Source: Nemertoderma westbladi
Taxonomy: Eukaryota; Animalia; Xenacoelomorpha
Length of the DNA: 40,824 nucleotides
Assembly (NCBI GenBank): GCA_032718475.1
Contig: JAUCBJ010004376.1
Location: 1 to 40,824 of the forward strand
Reading direction: 5' to 3'
Within the stretch, counting starts at the first letter, position 1. Every line of letters begins with the position of its first letter. The translations under genes were made by a program, and so were the position numbers. The notes under the pieces are model-generated. The model saw nothing but the letters and a program-made list of their open reading frames with translations, did not search any database and was not told the origin of the DNA. Below, piece after piece: positions 1 through 10,519 of this stretch.

Positions 1-394
1 ATCAATACCACCAAAACGATCCAAAATAATATATTTATATATTATTATTGATGTAATACGATAAAGTTACTGTAGAATTAATGATAAGTTTTATCTACTT
101 AATTATATAGTAGGTGTACCGAGCAACTATCAAAGAGAGTACTGTAAAAATGAATCATCTCATATTTCAATTTATAATTAATACAATTAATTTAAATTAT
201 CCTATTACGTTATCATACAGTATTTGCATGACATCTCATCAAAACAGTTATTGTATATGTGAACTAATGATAAAGGTTATATTCACAAGCCTATACTTAA
301 ACTTATCCTTTAGTTTTAATATTATATAATTATTATGAATACTGCATAACATATACTAATATCGATAACAAATTAAGAATACCAGCTAATAACA

Positions 395-1435
395 ATGAGC
401 AGCAAACTGCAACTGAATAATATCGACGATATTCAGCCCTACCCTATGCAACACGATTCGCGTGGAATTGCCTTGATATTCAACAACTCATTCGATGGAA
501 AATTTGCGTCAAAAGAACATGATGAGAGAAGTGGTTCTAAGGAAGACGAGACAGCCATTACAGCAGCATTGGGTATTTTGGGTTTCGATCGTATAAAATC
601 CTATCCGAATACAACGAAGAAGAATATGGAAGCATTGCTAGATGCGTACTCTGGCAATGATAAAATAAAACTAGACACTGAAGAGCTTAAAGAAGCAAAC
701 CACCTTAGTAGCGCTGTCCTGAAACAATCTGATTGTTTCGTTTGCGTGATCATGACACACGGAGGTGAGAACGATAAGATAGTTTGTGGGGACGGTAAGC
801 CCTGGGGTATTCGCAAAATTATCAGCAAGTTCGACGGTGAGAATTGTCAAGAACTAGTTGGTAAACCCAAAATATTTATAATTCAGGCTTGCAAGGGAGG
901 ACTAAAAAACAAACCTGTCTTTCGCAATGAACAGAAAGAAGGTCATGGACCAGCTGACGATGGTCAACTCTCGATTCCATCTTCTTCCGACTTTCTCATT
1001 TGTTACTCAACACTGGAAGGGTTTCCTTCTTATCGTCTCCCTGGTAGAGGCTCCTGGTACATTCGTACGTTGTCATTAGCTATACGCAACTTCGACAAAG
1101 CCAAGAAGTTGGAAACAACGGATTTTTCTCGACTACTTCTTTGGGTTCAAAATCGAATCGCGTTGATGTCAAGCCGAGGCCCAGCTTATCCCGATGAATT
1201 GGTCGAGGAGGATGGTGGTGATGTGATTGTTGAATTGATGAAACAACTAATGGTTGAAGCGAAATACGATGCAAAAGCTGAAGAAGTAAAAGCTGACGAA
1301 GTGCAAGCTGATGATGATAAGCTTACCGGTAGCGTCGGCAAAGAAAAGGAAGGAAAACAAATGCCGAGTCACCTCAATGCGTTACGATTTCTTCTGGTCT
1401 TTTCAAAGAAAAATTCACTTAAAAAAACGACATAA
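395..1435 (+). CDS. Caspase (peptidase C14A), short-prodomain effector-like, single exon
   Basis: 346-aa ORF with caspase motifs in order: YPM..SRGIALIFNN, ERSGS (S1 Arg), CFVCVIMTHG (catalytic His122), GKPKIFIIQACKG (catalytic Cys166), IP..SDFLICYST..GFPSYR...GSWYIRTL, KQMP. p20 and p10 are uninterrupted by introns. Orthology cannot be assigned by eye. Confidence 0.95.
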   Translation: MSSKLQLNNIDDIQPYPMQHDSRGIALIFNNSFDGKFASKEHDERSGSKEDETAITAALGILGFDRIKSYPNTTKKNMEALLDAYSGNDKIKLDTEELKEANHLSSAVLKQSDCFVCVIMTHGGENDKIVCGDGKPWGIRKIISKFDGENCQELVGKPKIFIIQACKGGLKNKPVFRNEQKEGHGPADDGQLSIPSSSDFLICYSTLEGFPSYRLPGRGSWYIRTLSLAIRNFDKAKKLETTDFSRLLLWVQNRIALMSSRGPAYPDELVEEDGGDVIVELMKQLMVEAKYDAKAEEVKADEVQADDDKLTGSVGKEKEGKQMPSHLNALRFLLVFSKKNSLKKTT

Positions 1436-2215
1436 TTAAATTTATCACAACTTGTTCGCCCGCTGGTGCTAAAACTGTCCCAACGAACTGTTTGAAAACT
1501 TGATGTTCAAGAAAAGGTTCAGTCTTGAATCAGGAACAGAATCTCAGCAACATTAAGTTCATATAAAAAAATGTACCTAGTAGTTTATCTATATTGATAA
1601 TAATATTTATTCGGAATAATATATCGTGAAATGTTTATGAAAAATATTTCTAAAAAAAATGTGAGGAAAGAAAATTTCATATTTATTCTTTGGAAAACAA
1701 ACACGGTTGTCTTCCCGCTGACCCTACTGTAAGATTTTAAGCTCCACTCGTACTGTGTACTTTAATACATATAATGGGAATATGGATCCCCCACAAGTTT
1801 TAGTCTCAAAGGAAAAATGATGAATGAATGAAAATGATGAATTTCTAGCAAAGCAACCATAACACTGCATATGAACAATAATAACGAAACAACCCATTAA
1901 AATTATTTAAAATCATTCAAAACCACCAGGACTAGCTACCATTAAACAAACATTAGTTTCGATATATAAAAGACTCATCTTTAGCTATTAATTCCTTATA
2001 ATTAAAGGGGGAATTTAATTAGTTCCAATTTTTTCTATTGGTTTTAGTTTTAGGTTGTCTTTAGAGCGATTAGTCACGAAAAGTCCGTACCGGTATTCCA
2101 TATAAAGTTACACTATACAATATTTCGATGCGCACCTGATATTAATTTGCCTGATATTAAATTGATATTAATTATATATTTTATTTGATTTAATGATATT
2201 AATATATTAACTTTT

Positions 2216-2700
2216 TTGCCGAGTCAGTTCTCGGGGAAAATAGCACACCATGGTTTGCAATTCCACAGGGTGGGTGTCGCAGTGGAGTCAGATATGAGGC
2301 CCATCACCCATATCTACTCGATGCACATGTCCCACCATTGGCTGTGCAGCTCATCTGCTGGGCCATGCCCTGTACCCCTGCTGCCAGGTGCAGGTCGCAG
2401 TGAAGTGCACTCCGAGTGGCCATGAGAACACTCTACTCCTGACCAGCCATTGGTAGATCACCATCTGCCTGGCCAGGCCATATACCCCTGCAGCCAATTA
2501 TATGGGGGTCCTTAATCCAGGACCAATGGCGTCCTTATCCCAGAACGTAGAGGGTCCTAGTTACAGAACCAGATTTGCCCTAGTAAGAGGGTCTATGCAG
2601 CCACAGGTAGCACCTCCTTTATGCTGCATGGAGGTGGCAAGTTTTCTTGATCAATGACCTAAAATACCTGACCTGACGATGGATAGCTGTTACTCAAACT
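2216..2700 (+). other. GC-rich structured block, possibly the 5' UTR of a non-LTR retroelement
   Basis: Sharp GC rise inside AT-rich DNA, local hairpins (CCGAG/CTCGG at about 2218-2234), no credible ORF, and an HDV-like pseudoknot near the 3' end. Identity is inferred. Confidence 0.3.
2595..2670 (+). ncRNA. Candidate HDV-like ribozyme fold (non-canonical P3)
   Basis: P1 ATGCAGC 2595-2601 / GCTGCAT 2623-2629; P2 CAGGTA 2604-2609 / TACCTG 2665-2670; loop CCTCCTT; GG 2630-2631; P4 with CAAG-TTTT-CTTG; CTAA 2659-2662. A canonical 3-bp P3 is not evident. Confidence 0.3.
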
Positions 2701-3150
2701 AATCATTGTACGCTCTCCATTTTGGGCTCAAACTGATCCAGAGATATGTCGGATTCTAAATAAAATAACTCTATCTACTGAGTCGAACGCGAGTTGAAAA
2801 ACCAAAATTGAAAAGGGGAATAGATAAACAGTACTGTGTGAATTAATATCAGATTGAATTATAATATCAGTTTGAATTAATCGATTTATAATATAATATC
2901 GAATAATATGTAGACAATATATGGAATTAATAACATCAGTTTCTATAAAACTCGAAGTTAGTGTTGGAGTAGGCGTGGGTAAAATAATGTAGAATGAAAA
3001 TGAATAATGGGAAACGTAATGGGGCAAAGGTAATAAATAATACTGATTTGGTCTGCCCTAAATGTTGATACAATGCGATGGTGACGTTGAGATTCCACCT
3101 ATCTCTATACTGTAGGCTCTATACAGAATCCAGTTGGCCTTTGTTTACGA

Positions 3151-3300
3151 GTTGCCGAAACGCATCTATCAGTTTGCCTAAGCGCATCCTGTTAACAGTT
3201 GCCGAAATACAACTAAGAGTTGCCGAAATGAATCACTTAGTTGCGGAAACGCAACCTTGCTACCATGTTGCCGAAACGCGACTATAGTTGCCGAAACGCG
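3151..3300 (+). repeat. Cluster of about 7 GTTGCCGAAA(CGC) motifs, probable MITE subterminal repeats
   Basis: Motif near 3151, 3198, 3219, 3240, 3267 and 3287, with a degenerate copy near 3172; spacers are short and variable. Confidence 0.6.
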
Positions 3301-3338
3301 ACAACGTCTGTATAATTAATACTGTGTATCTGTTAATA

Positions 3339-4223
3339 CCTACTGTCCACCTACTGGCTCCAGAAGTCGAGGAAATCCTGCTAAGTACCTAACTGATCTA
3401 GACTTTGCTGATGACTTAGGAGTACTCTCAGAATCATTAGAGGGAGCCCAACGGCTCCTCAGCTCATTAGAACATGCTGCTTCTAGTGTTGGTCTTTTTA
3501 TTAACTCCAAAAAGACCAAAATTCTGACAGTTAACTTTGAAAGTCCTCAGCAAGTCTCTGATCGGATGAGCATAAGCTCAAAGGATGGTATGCTTGAGCA
3601 TGTGGACGACTTCTGTTACCTGGGATCATGGATCCGGAAGTCAGGTGAGGACCTTCGAATACGTAAGGGAAAGGCATGGGCAGCCTTGAATAGGCTTTCC
3701 AGGATTTGGAAGTCACCGAGAATTAATCGGAAACTTAAGGTCCGATTATTTAGAGCAGCAGTAGTTCCAGTACTCCTCTATGGGAGTCCATGCTGGGCTC
3801 TAACTGCTGAGGACACCAAATCTCTGGATGGCACATTCACAAGAATGCTACGCCGGGTTCATTGTGTCAAGTACAATGCACACATCTCCAACCAGACACT
3901 ATATAACATTGGAAGTGTCTCATTGGTTCCCCCAAGCTTGACACTAGAACAAAATCGCCTCCGCTTTGCAGGACATTGCTTTCGCCGTGAGGACCAGCCA
4001 GTGCATAATCTTGTACTTTGGCAGCCTCATGGAGTGAATAAGCATGGTGGACAGCCCATGACTTTCTTGAGACGCATCTTAAAGGACACTGGCCTTGAAG
4101 ATGCGGATGATCTACAGTAGCAAATGTCATGGGTGATAGGGAGTTGTGGCGGTGCAATTTTGTTGACAAGCCGGCACAGCATTCTTAAAAATGCAGCTGC
4201 AATGCAGCATGCCGATCCTAGTA
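3339..4223 (+). mobile_element. 5'-truncated RTE-clade LINE with 13-bp target-site duplication
   Basis: Frame open from 3341: ...PAKYLTDLDFADDLGVLS...GLFINSKKTK...DDFCYLGS...LKVRLFRAAVVPVLLYGSPCWAL...RLRFAGHCFR. TSD GTATCTGTTAATA at 3326-3338 and 4224-4236; short (TAG)n tail. A 5-bp CAGTA insertion creates the stop at 4118-4120. Confidence 0.93.
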
Positions 4224-4355
4224 GTATCTGTTAATAAATTTCACTTATATTCGTTATATGTATGTAGTACATGATTAAAATGTTTAAATGAGCATCCATA
4301 AAATCCTTTCTTCACATACCGAACGCTGATAAGTTGGCAATGTAACAAAATCCCA

Positions 4356-4506
4356 TACATCATTGCTTGCAAAGGTCACTTTTCAGCGTTAAAGAACCTT
4401 GTTTATTTAAGTAAACCTCCCTCGCTGCGCTCGCTCGGTGCATAAATAAACTCGGGTGATAACGTTGTAAAGTGCTGCTTTGCACACAATGATGTAAATA
4501 GTTATT
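4356..4506. mobile_element. Short palindromic (hairpin) non-autonomous element, Crypton-like
   Basis: TACATCATTG..TGCAAAG pairs with CTTTGCA..CAATGATGTA; centre CTCGCTGCGCTCGCTCGG; ends GTAAATAGTTATT. Related to 5213-5365. Superfamily is inferred. Confidence 0.6.
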
Positions 4507-5211
4507 ATTCCAAAATTGTAACATTACCCAACGCCGTTAGTATTAACAGCGAGTTGTTAGTTAGAACTTACTTTACAGCCTTAGATGACATTACAGCATT
4601 GTATATTGGCCTGTACAATTAGCATTGTAGTGGGTGTTGTAATGTCCCATGTTTATGTAGTAACCAATGACGGCGAGCTGTAAAGTTACGGCGTCAATGG
4701 TTACGACGTAAACAATAGGTGGAAATTTGCCTGACAGCCAGATAGGCCTACTGCAATACCTACCGGTAGGCGGGGTATAGCTTAAGGCTATTAAGAGCTA
4801 CTTAGCTATTAAGAGATAGGATAGGCAACTTAAGACTGCCTGTTCAATAGAAGTGGATTAGGTGGGATAGTGAATGTCAGGGACAAGTGGCTGAACTGGT
4901 TAGCGCTACTGATGAGGCCTGACAGGCTGAAACGTACGTATAGCGCTGGTTCAACCCCCGGTGACGCGCTTTCTCATTTTTTTCCATTTCTGAACAAAAC
5001 CATAATATTACATACCTATTAATAACCGGTAGGGCCTAGCTATATTATTATAATAAGGCTCCAAACGTCACCATAAATATAAGCTAGCTTATTTATAACG
5101 TAATTTATGTCACTTTTACATTTATTTATACAGCAACTAATTTAATTTGTGCAGTTTCTATCATTTATAATATATATACAATCACTTCGTAATGCTACAA
5201 TTTTGGAATAA
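4505..5211. mobile_element. TIR element with 23-bp inverted repeats (TTATTCCAAAATTGTAACATTAC)
   Basis: 4505-4527 matches the reverse complement of 5189-5211 at 22/23. The same right end recurs at about 16255-16292. Confidence 0.7.
4880..4983 (+). ncRNA. Minimal type-I hammerhead ribozyme embedded in a tRNA-like (A-box/B-box) unit
   Basis: Stem I AGCGCTA 4902-4908 / TAGCGCT 4941-4947; core CTGATGA 4909-4915; stem II GGCCT-GAC-AGGCT 4916-4928; GAAAC 4929-4933; palindromic stem III ACGTACGT; cleavage triplet GTA 4938-4940. A-box-like TGGCTGAACTGG 4888-4899, B-box-like GGTTCAACCCC 4948-4958, T7 run 4977-4983. Confidence 0.85.
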
Positions 5212-5212
5212 A

Positions 5213-5365
5213 ACTATATACATACTTGTTGCAAAGTACTTTACAGTGTTCTGATCCTCGTGGCTTTATTTTCACTCACTCACTCACATTCGTTCGTGTA
5301 ACAAAGCCACTCGGATCATCACACTGTAAAGTGTTACTTTGCACACTAGTATGTAAATAGTTATT
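5213..5365. mobile_element. Second palindromic hairpin element, Crypton-like
   Basis: TACATACT..TGCAAAGTA.CTTTACAGTG..TGATCC..GTGGCTTT pairs with AAAGCCAC..GGATCA..CACTGTAAAG..TACTTTGCA..AGTATGTA; ends GTAAATAGTTATT like 4356-4506. Confidence 0.65.
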
Positions 5366-6420
5366 AAAATATACTAATATTGATTGTATTTAAATATTCC
5401 TTCAATCATATTCAAATTTTTAACAACTTGTGTGCTCTTTTTCAAATACAGTAATAAAATTTGTTACAATTTTGGAAATTACATTTTACTTAATTAATTC
5501 AAAGCTGCTATAAGTAAATATGTTTCGGTAAGGAAAGAACAACAAACGAAAAAGAATATTTTATCGAAATTGTATTATTGTTGCGGTACATAGTCCGTAG
5601 TTTGGGTGATTGGGATAATTTGTTTTTTTAGTGTTATTTATAACGTTTTTTGTGTGGCAATAAATATACTAAATCCTATACTATACTGTCTGGTCAGCTT
5701 GTACCCCAGAAAGATCTGACTGCCATTTTAGAACACTTTGACATCATAGTTTGATATTTGGTACATTGATGGACCTGATTTCAACATTTTTTTGTCAAAT
5801 TTCAAATTTTTGGCGGGAAATTTGAATTTTGACAAAAATTAGAAAAATTGCTACTAGTTTGTAACACGTTGGTCTTTTGAGGTGAAAATTTCATAATATG
5901 TTTGGAAAAATAACCTCCTCACTTGGTAGAAAAGGTATTACGATCGAACCAACGAACTCTGATATTTTGACAGTTAACCATATTTATTTTTAAATTTCTC
6001 AAAAAACTGTATTTTTTAAACAAAAAATGTTAAATTACTCAATTTAATTTAAGTTTTTCCAAAAAAAAAATCTACCAACTGACCACGGTATAATTACAAA
6101 CCGATCTGGAAAATTTCATCCGTATTGGTGCAAAATTAGCGGAGCCTTAGCCTTTAGAAGTTAAAAAAAAACATGAAACTGAGAAAAACAACTTTAAACA
6201 AAATTGTATATAAAACTTAATAATTTATAAAGGCCGATCGATTATATTTAAAAGCGTTTGTGTAGTTATGCATAAGTGTCAATTTCAAAGTTTTAGATTT
6301 TCCCTTTTGACTTCTTTCATTGCAAGCGCCCAGTATTTGAGTGCTGGAATGCTACATTTTAGGCTATATCAATGTTCAATAACAAGTCTGTCTGTCTGTC
6401 TGTACTGGCCTCCATATCTA

Positions 6421-7515
6421 CGAGGCGTTAAAGTCTATACAAATCAATCCAGGTTTCAGCCAATCACAAAGGAGATGACGTAGGGCCTATTACAAATGAA
6501 TGTGGATTGATTTGTATAGACTTTAATGACCACCCATGTTCTGTTAGAATCTATACATTTCAATTATTTTCATTTAAATACTGCTTTCCCACTACTATTT
6601 CCCATAATAGTACTAAAGTAAGTAAGATGGTCTTAGAACGGTCTTAAACTTCTGAAATTTCTGGTCTTAGATGGAAGATGGTCTAAGAAGATTCTGGAAT
6701 CCCTAAACAGTTCTGGGAGGCTACCTCCGCCATGTTTACGTCTAAGGAGGTAGGGTACCCCCTGCCTCGTCTGAACAAACTGAATGCTTTATGCTTTATT
6801 GCACAACCCGAAAATTACGTACAGCAATAAATTAATGGATCACAATGCCATGGACAACATTATAAAATCCTTAACACATCGATTACCACTACTCACAAAG
6901 TCGCCTAATAATAAACGAATTATCACCCAGTACCGCCGAATTTCCTAAATCCGACGGCAATTGTACACAACGCGAAAAAAACAAATTAGAGAAAAGAAGA
7001 AATAGGCTACCTAAGACCGACTAACATGGAACAAAATAGTATGCAGGTATGTCTGCATATCTCAATCGATTGCCAGATTGCAGCCGGTTGTAATTGGACA
7101 GGGCCGCGATCATGATTACGCATTAACTAACTGTATCTGACTGTACATTTTATACTGTACGTATATGATTAAATGTTCTGCGGCTTTCAGATAATGGTTT
7201 GCTACTGTATGATTAACCTGTTAATTTACTATAAGCATAACATATGTATCTATAATTATACAGTTATAATAATGTAGAACAAGTATGAGAGTGTCTAGCA
7301 AAGATTTTTCATATCCTTTCATATAGCCTATACAGTTGACTTGAACTTATAATTTAAATTATAAGTAAAAAAATTGCAATGTATAGATTCTAACAGAACG
7401 TGGGTGGTCATTAAAGCCCATACAAATCAATCCACATTCGGTTGTAATAGGCCTATGTCATCTCCTTTGTGATTGGCTGAAACCTGGATTGATTTGTATA
7501 GACTTTAACGCCTCG
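6421..7515. mobile_element. Foldback/MITE with about 138-bp terminal inverted repeats
   Basis: 6421-6559 is nearly the reverse complement of 7378-7515. Left end TA|CGAGGCG; the right flank lacks TA. No internal ORF. Confidence 0.85.
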
Positions 7516-7530
7516 TCCTTTGTGGTGGTG

Positions 7531-7712
7531 TGTAGTGTATTAGAGCAAACACTAGCAAGGGATCAGCCCAGCCGAGCCTATCGTGGCTAAGACAACGCCC
7601 TATCAGAGTACGTCATCCCTCATGCTGTTACTGTTGGTACCAGTGTAAGAACAAGGAGGCACACACACACCTGACGTTATACAGGTCTCTCACTACTCAG
7701 CCCACTAGCCCC
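7531..7712 (-). ncRNA. Structured GC-rich element with a degenerate HDV-like ribozyme fold (SINE or LINE 5' end?)
   Basis: Minus strand order: AGTGAGAG, hairpin ACCTG/CAGGT, (GT)n, GCCTCCTTGTT, CTTACACT, GG, long branched P4 (AGCA..AGGGAT / ATCCCT.TGCT), CTAA, TACAC. Preceded by a weak A-box-like head GGGGCTAGTGGGCTGAGTAG. Confidence 0.35.
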
Positions 7713-8189
7713 AGGTTATCACTGCAGTAATGACTATATTATATTGCCAGACAATGAAGCGTTAAGCGTTGTTCTTCAATTCAACTTTATAACTCTATAG
7801 AGGCACCTCCGGTATGCTTGTATCTTTACGTTTAAAGTCCTTCATGCATATAAAGCGTTTCACTCTCTCCAGTTTTTTTCACGTATATTTAACTCTAACA
7901 ATAATATTTAATATATATACGCTATACATGTCTGTGTAATTCGGTGCTTCACTCTACTCTGCAGAAAATTAAATTGTATCTCTTATTGGGCGGGTCCGGG
8001 TATTCCTTTGTAATAATCACTATAGTGCTACTGTATTAATAGATTTGTTTGTTTGTTTACCGGTATTGACATAGAACCTTTTATGGATCTGGAATAAAGA
8101 ATCTAATAATAATAATAAATTATACTCTACCTTCGTCATTTAGCGGTAAATCCGCATTTCATATTTGTGTTAATGCAATATGCATCTTT

Positions 8190-10012
8190 AAAACCTGCTC
8201 CTTTATTAACCTGCATAATTTTTTAAAACGAGTTAACTATCGTTTTTTGTTTTGGTTCAATCTACACGCCTCTGTAACCTGCTCCTGTACTAATCTACAT
8301 AATCTTGTAACACGTGTTAACTATCGTTTATTGTTTAGGTTCTATCTACACGCCTCGGTAACCTAGTCCTTTACTAAACTACATAATTTTCTCTAACACG
8401 AGTTAATCGTATATTGTTTTGGTTCAATCTATCCGCCTCCGCAACCTGATTCTTTACTAACGTACATGTTGTAACATGTGTTAACTATCGTTTATTGTTT
8501 TGGTTCTACCCACCCTCCTCTATAAGCCTGATCATTTACTAACCTGCATAATCTTATAACATGTGTTAACTATCGTTTATTGTTTTGGTTCTATCTACCC
8601 TCCTCTATAGCCTGCTCCTTTACTAACCTGCACAATCTTGTAGCATGTGTTAACAATCGTTTATTGTTTTGGTTCTTTCTATCTGCCTCTATAACCTGCT
8701 CCTTTACTAACCTGCATAATCTTGTAACATATGTTAACTATCGTTTATTGTTTTGGTTCTATCTACCCTCCTCTATAACATGATCCTTTACTAACCTGTA
8801 TAATCTTGTAACATGTGTTAAGTATCGTTTATTGTTTTGGTTCTATCTACCCGCCTCTATAACCTGCTCCTTTACTAACCTGCATAATCTTGTAACATGT
8901 GTTAACTATCGTTTATTGTTTTGGTTCTATCTACCCTCCTCTATAACCTGATCCTTTACTAATACTAACCTGCATAATCTTGTAACATGTGTTAACTATA
9001 TTTTATTGTTTTGGTTCTATCTGCCCGCCTCTATAACATGCTCCTTTACTAACCTGTATAATATTGTAACATGTGTTAACTATCGTTTATTGTTTTGGTT
9101 CTACCTACCCTCCTCTATAGCCTCATTTACTAACCTGCATAATCTTATAACATGTGTTAATTATCGTTTATTGTTTTGGTTCTATCTACCCTCCTCTATA
9201 GCCTGCTCCTTTACTAACCTGCATAAACTTGTAATACGTTTATTGTTTGGTTCAATCGATCCGCCTCCGCAACCTGATTCTTTACTAACCTACATGTTGT
9301 AACACGTGTTAACTATCGTTTATTATTTTGGTTCTATCTACCTGCCTCTGTAAACTGATCCTTTACACACTTGCATAATCTTGTAACATGTGTTAACTAT
9401 CGTTTATTGTTTTGGTACTATCTACCCGCCTCTATAGCCTGCTCCTTTACTAACCTGGACAATCTTGTAACATGTGTTAACAATCGTTTATTGTTTTGGT
9501 TCTATCTACCCGCCTCTATAACCTGCTCCTTTACTAACCTGCATAATCTTGTAACATGTGTTAACTATCGTTTATTGTTTTGGTTCTATCTACCCTTCTC
9601 TATACCATGATCCTTTACTAACCTGTATAATCTTGTAACATGTGTTAAGTATCGTTTATTGTTTTGGTTCTATCTACCCGCCTCTATAACCTGCTCCTTT
9701 ACTAACCTGCATAATCTTGTAACATGTGTTAACTATCGTTTATTGTTTTGGTTCTATCTACCCTCCTCTATAACCTGCTCCTTTACTAATACTAACCTGC
9801 ATAATCTTGTAACACGTGTTAACTATCGTTTATTGTTTTGGTTCTATCTGCCCGCCTCTGTAACCTGCTCCTTTACTAACCTGCATAATCTTATAACACG
9901 TGTTAACTGTCGTTTATTGTTTTGATTCTATCTGCCTGCCTCTCTAACCTGCTCCTTTACTAACCTGCATAATCTTGTAACATGTGTTAACTATCGTTTA
10001 TTGTTTTGGTTC
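8190..10012 (+). repeat. Tandem repeat, 84-bp unit, about 21-22 copies
   Basis: Unit AACCTGCTCCTTTACTAACCTGCATAATCTTGTAACATGTGTTAACTATCGTTTATTGTTTTGGTTCTATCTACCCGCCTCTAT (starts at 8861 and 8945, for example). Confidence 0.97.
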
Positions 10013-10159
10013 TTTTTGGTTCTAGTCGGTGGGGTTGACTTGTTGACGAGGGGCTATTATGAGGTATAATGAGATACGCATTGCGTATCTTCTTCAGTCA
10101 ACCACTATAATGGCCGATCAACAAATAAATACCAATAATCACTAATATAATGGCAGATC

Positions 10160-10519
10160 CCAAATTCCATATTCCCATAAATACCTTAATCCCAAATACC
10201 TTATTCCCAAATCCCAAATCCTTATTCCCAAATCCCAAATACCTTAATCCCAAATCCTAAATACCTTATTTCCAAATCCCAAATACCTTATTCCCAAATC
10301 CCAAATACCTTATTCCCAAATACCTTAATCCCAAATACCTTATTCATTAAATCCCAAATACCTTATTCCAAATCCCAAATACCTTATTCCCAAATCCCAA
10401 AGACCTTATTCCCAAATCCCAAATACCTTATTCCCAATTCCCAAATACCTTATTCCCAAATACCTTATTTCCAAGTCCCTTATTCCCAAATTCCTTAATC
10501 CCACATGGTATTTGCGTCC
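10160..10519 (+). repeat. CCCAAATACCTTATT (15/22-bp) array ending in a MITE terminus
   Basis: Array ends ATTTGCGTCC at 10519. The reverse complement GGACGCAAAT opens the same array at 32481. Confidence 0.9.

Noticed and set aside
4880-4970. Functional tRNA gene or intron-containing tRNA
   Set aside because: No convincing acceptor stem and no anticodon loop; the central region is a hammerhead core.
5685-6350. Probable DNA-transposon remnants (also 20411-20560, 21050-21100, 30840-32450, 38125-38270)
   Set aside because: They look repeat-derived, but I could not define paired termini or TSDs, so they are left uncalled.
8580-9925. Repetitive hydrophobic ORFs (MFWFYLP...)
   Set aside because: An 84-bp in-frame satellite with sporadic stops; the unit is a MITE-internal motif.
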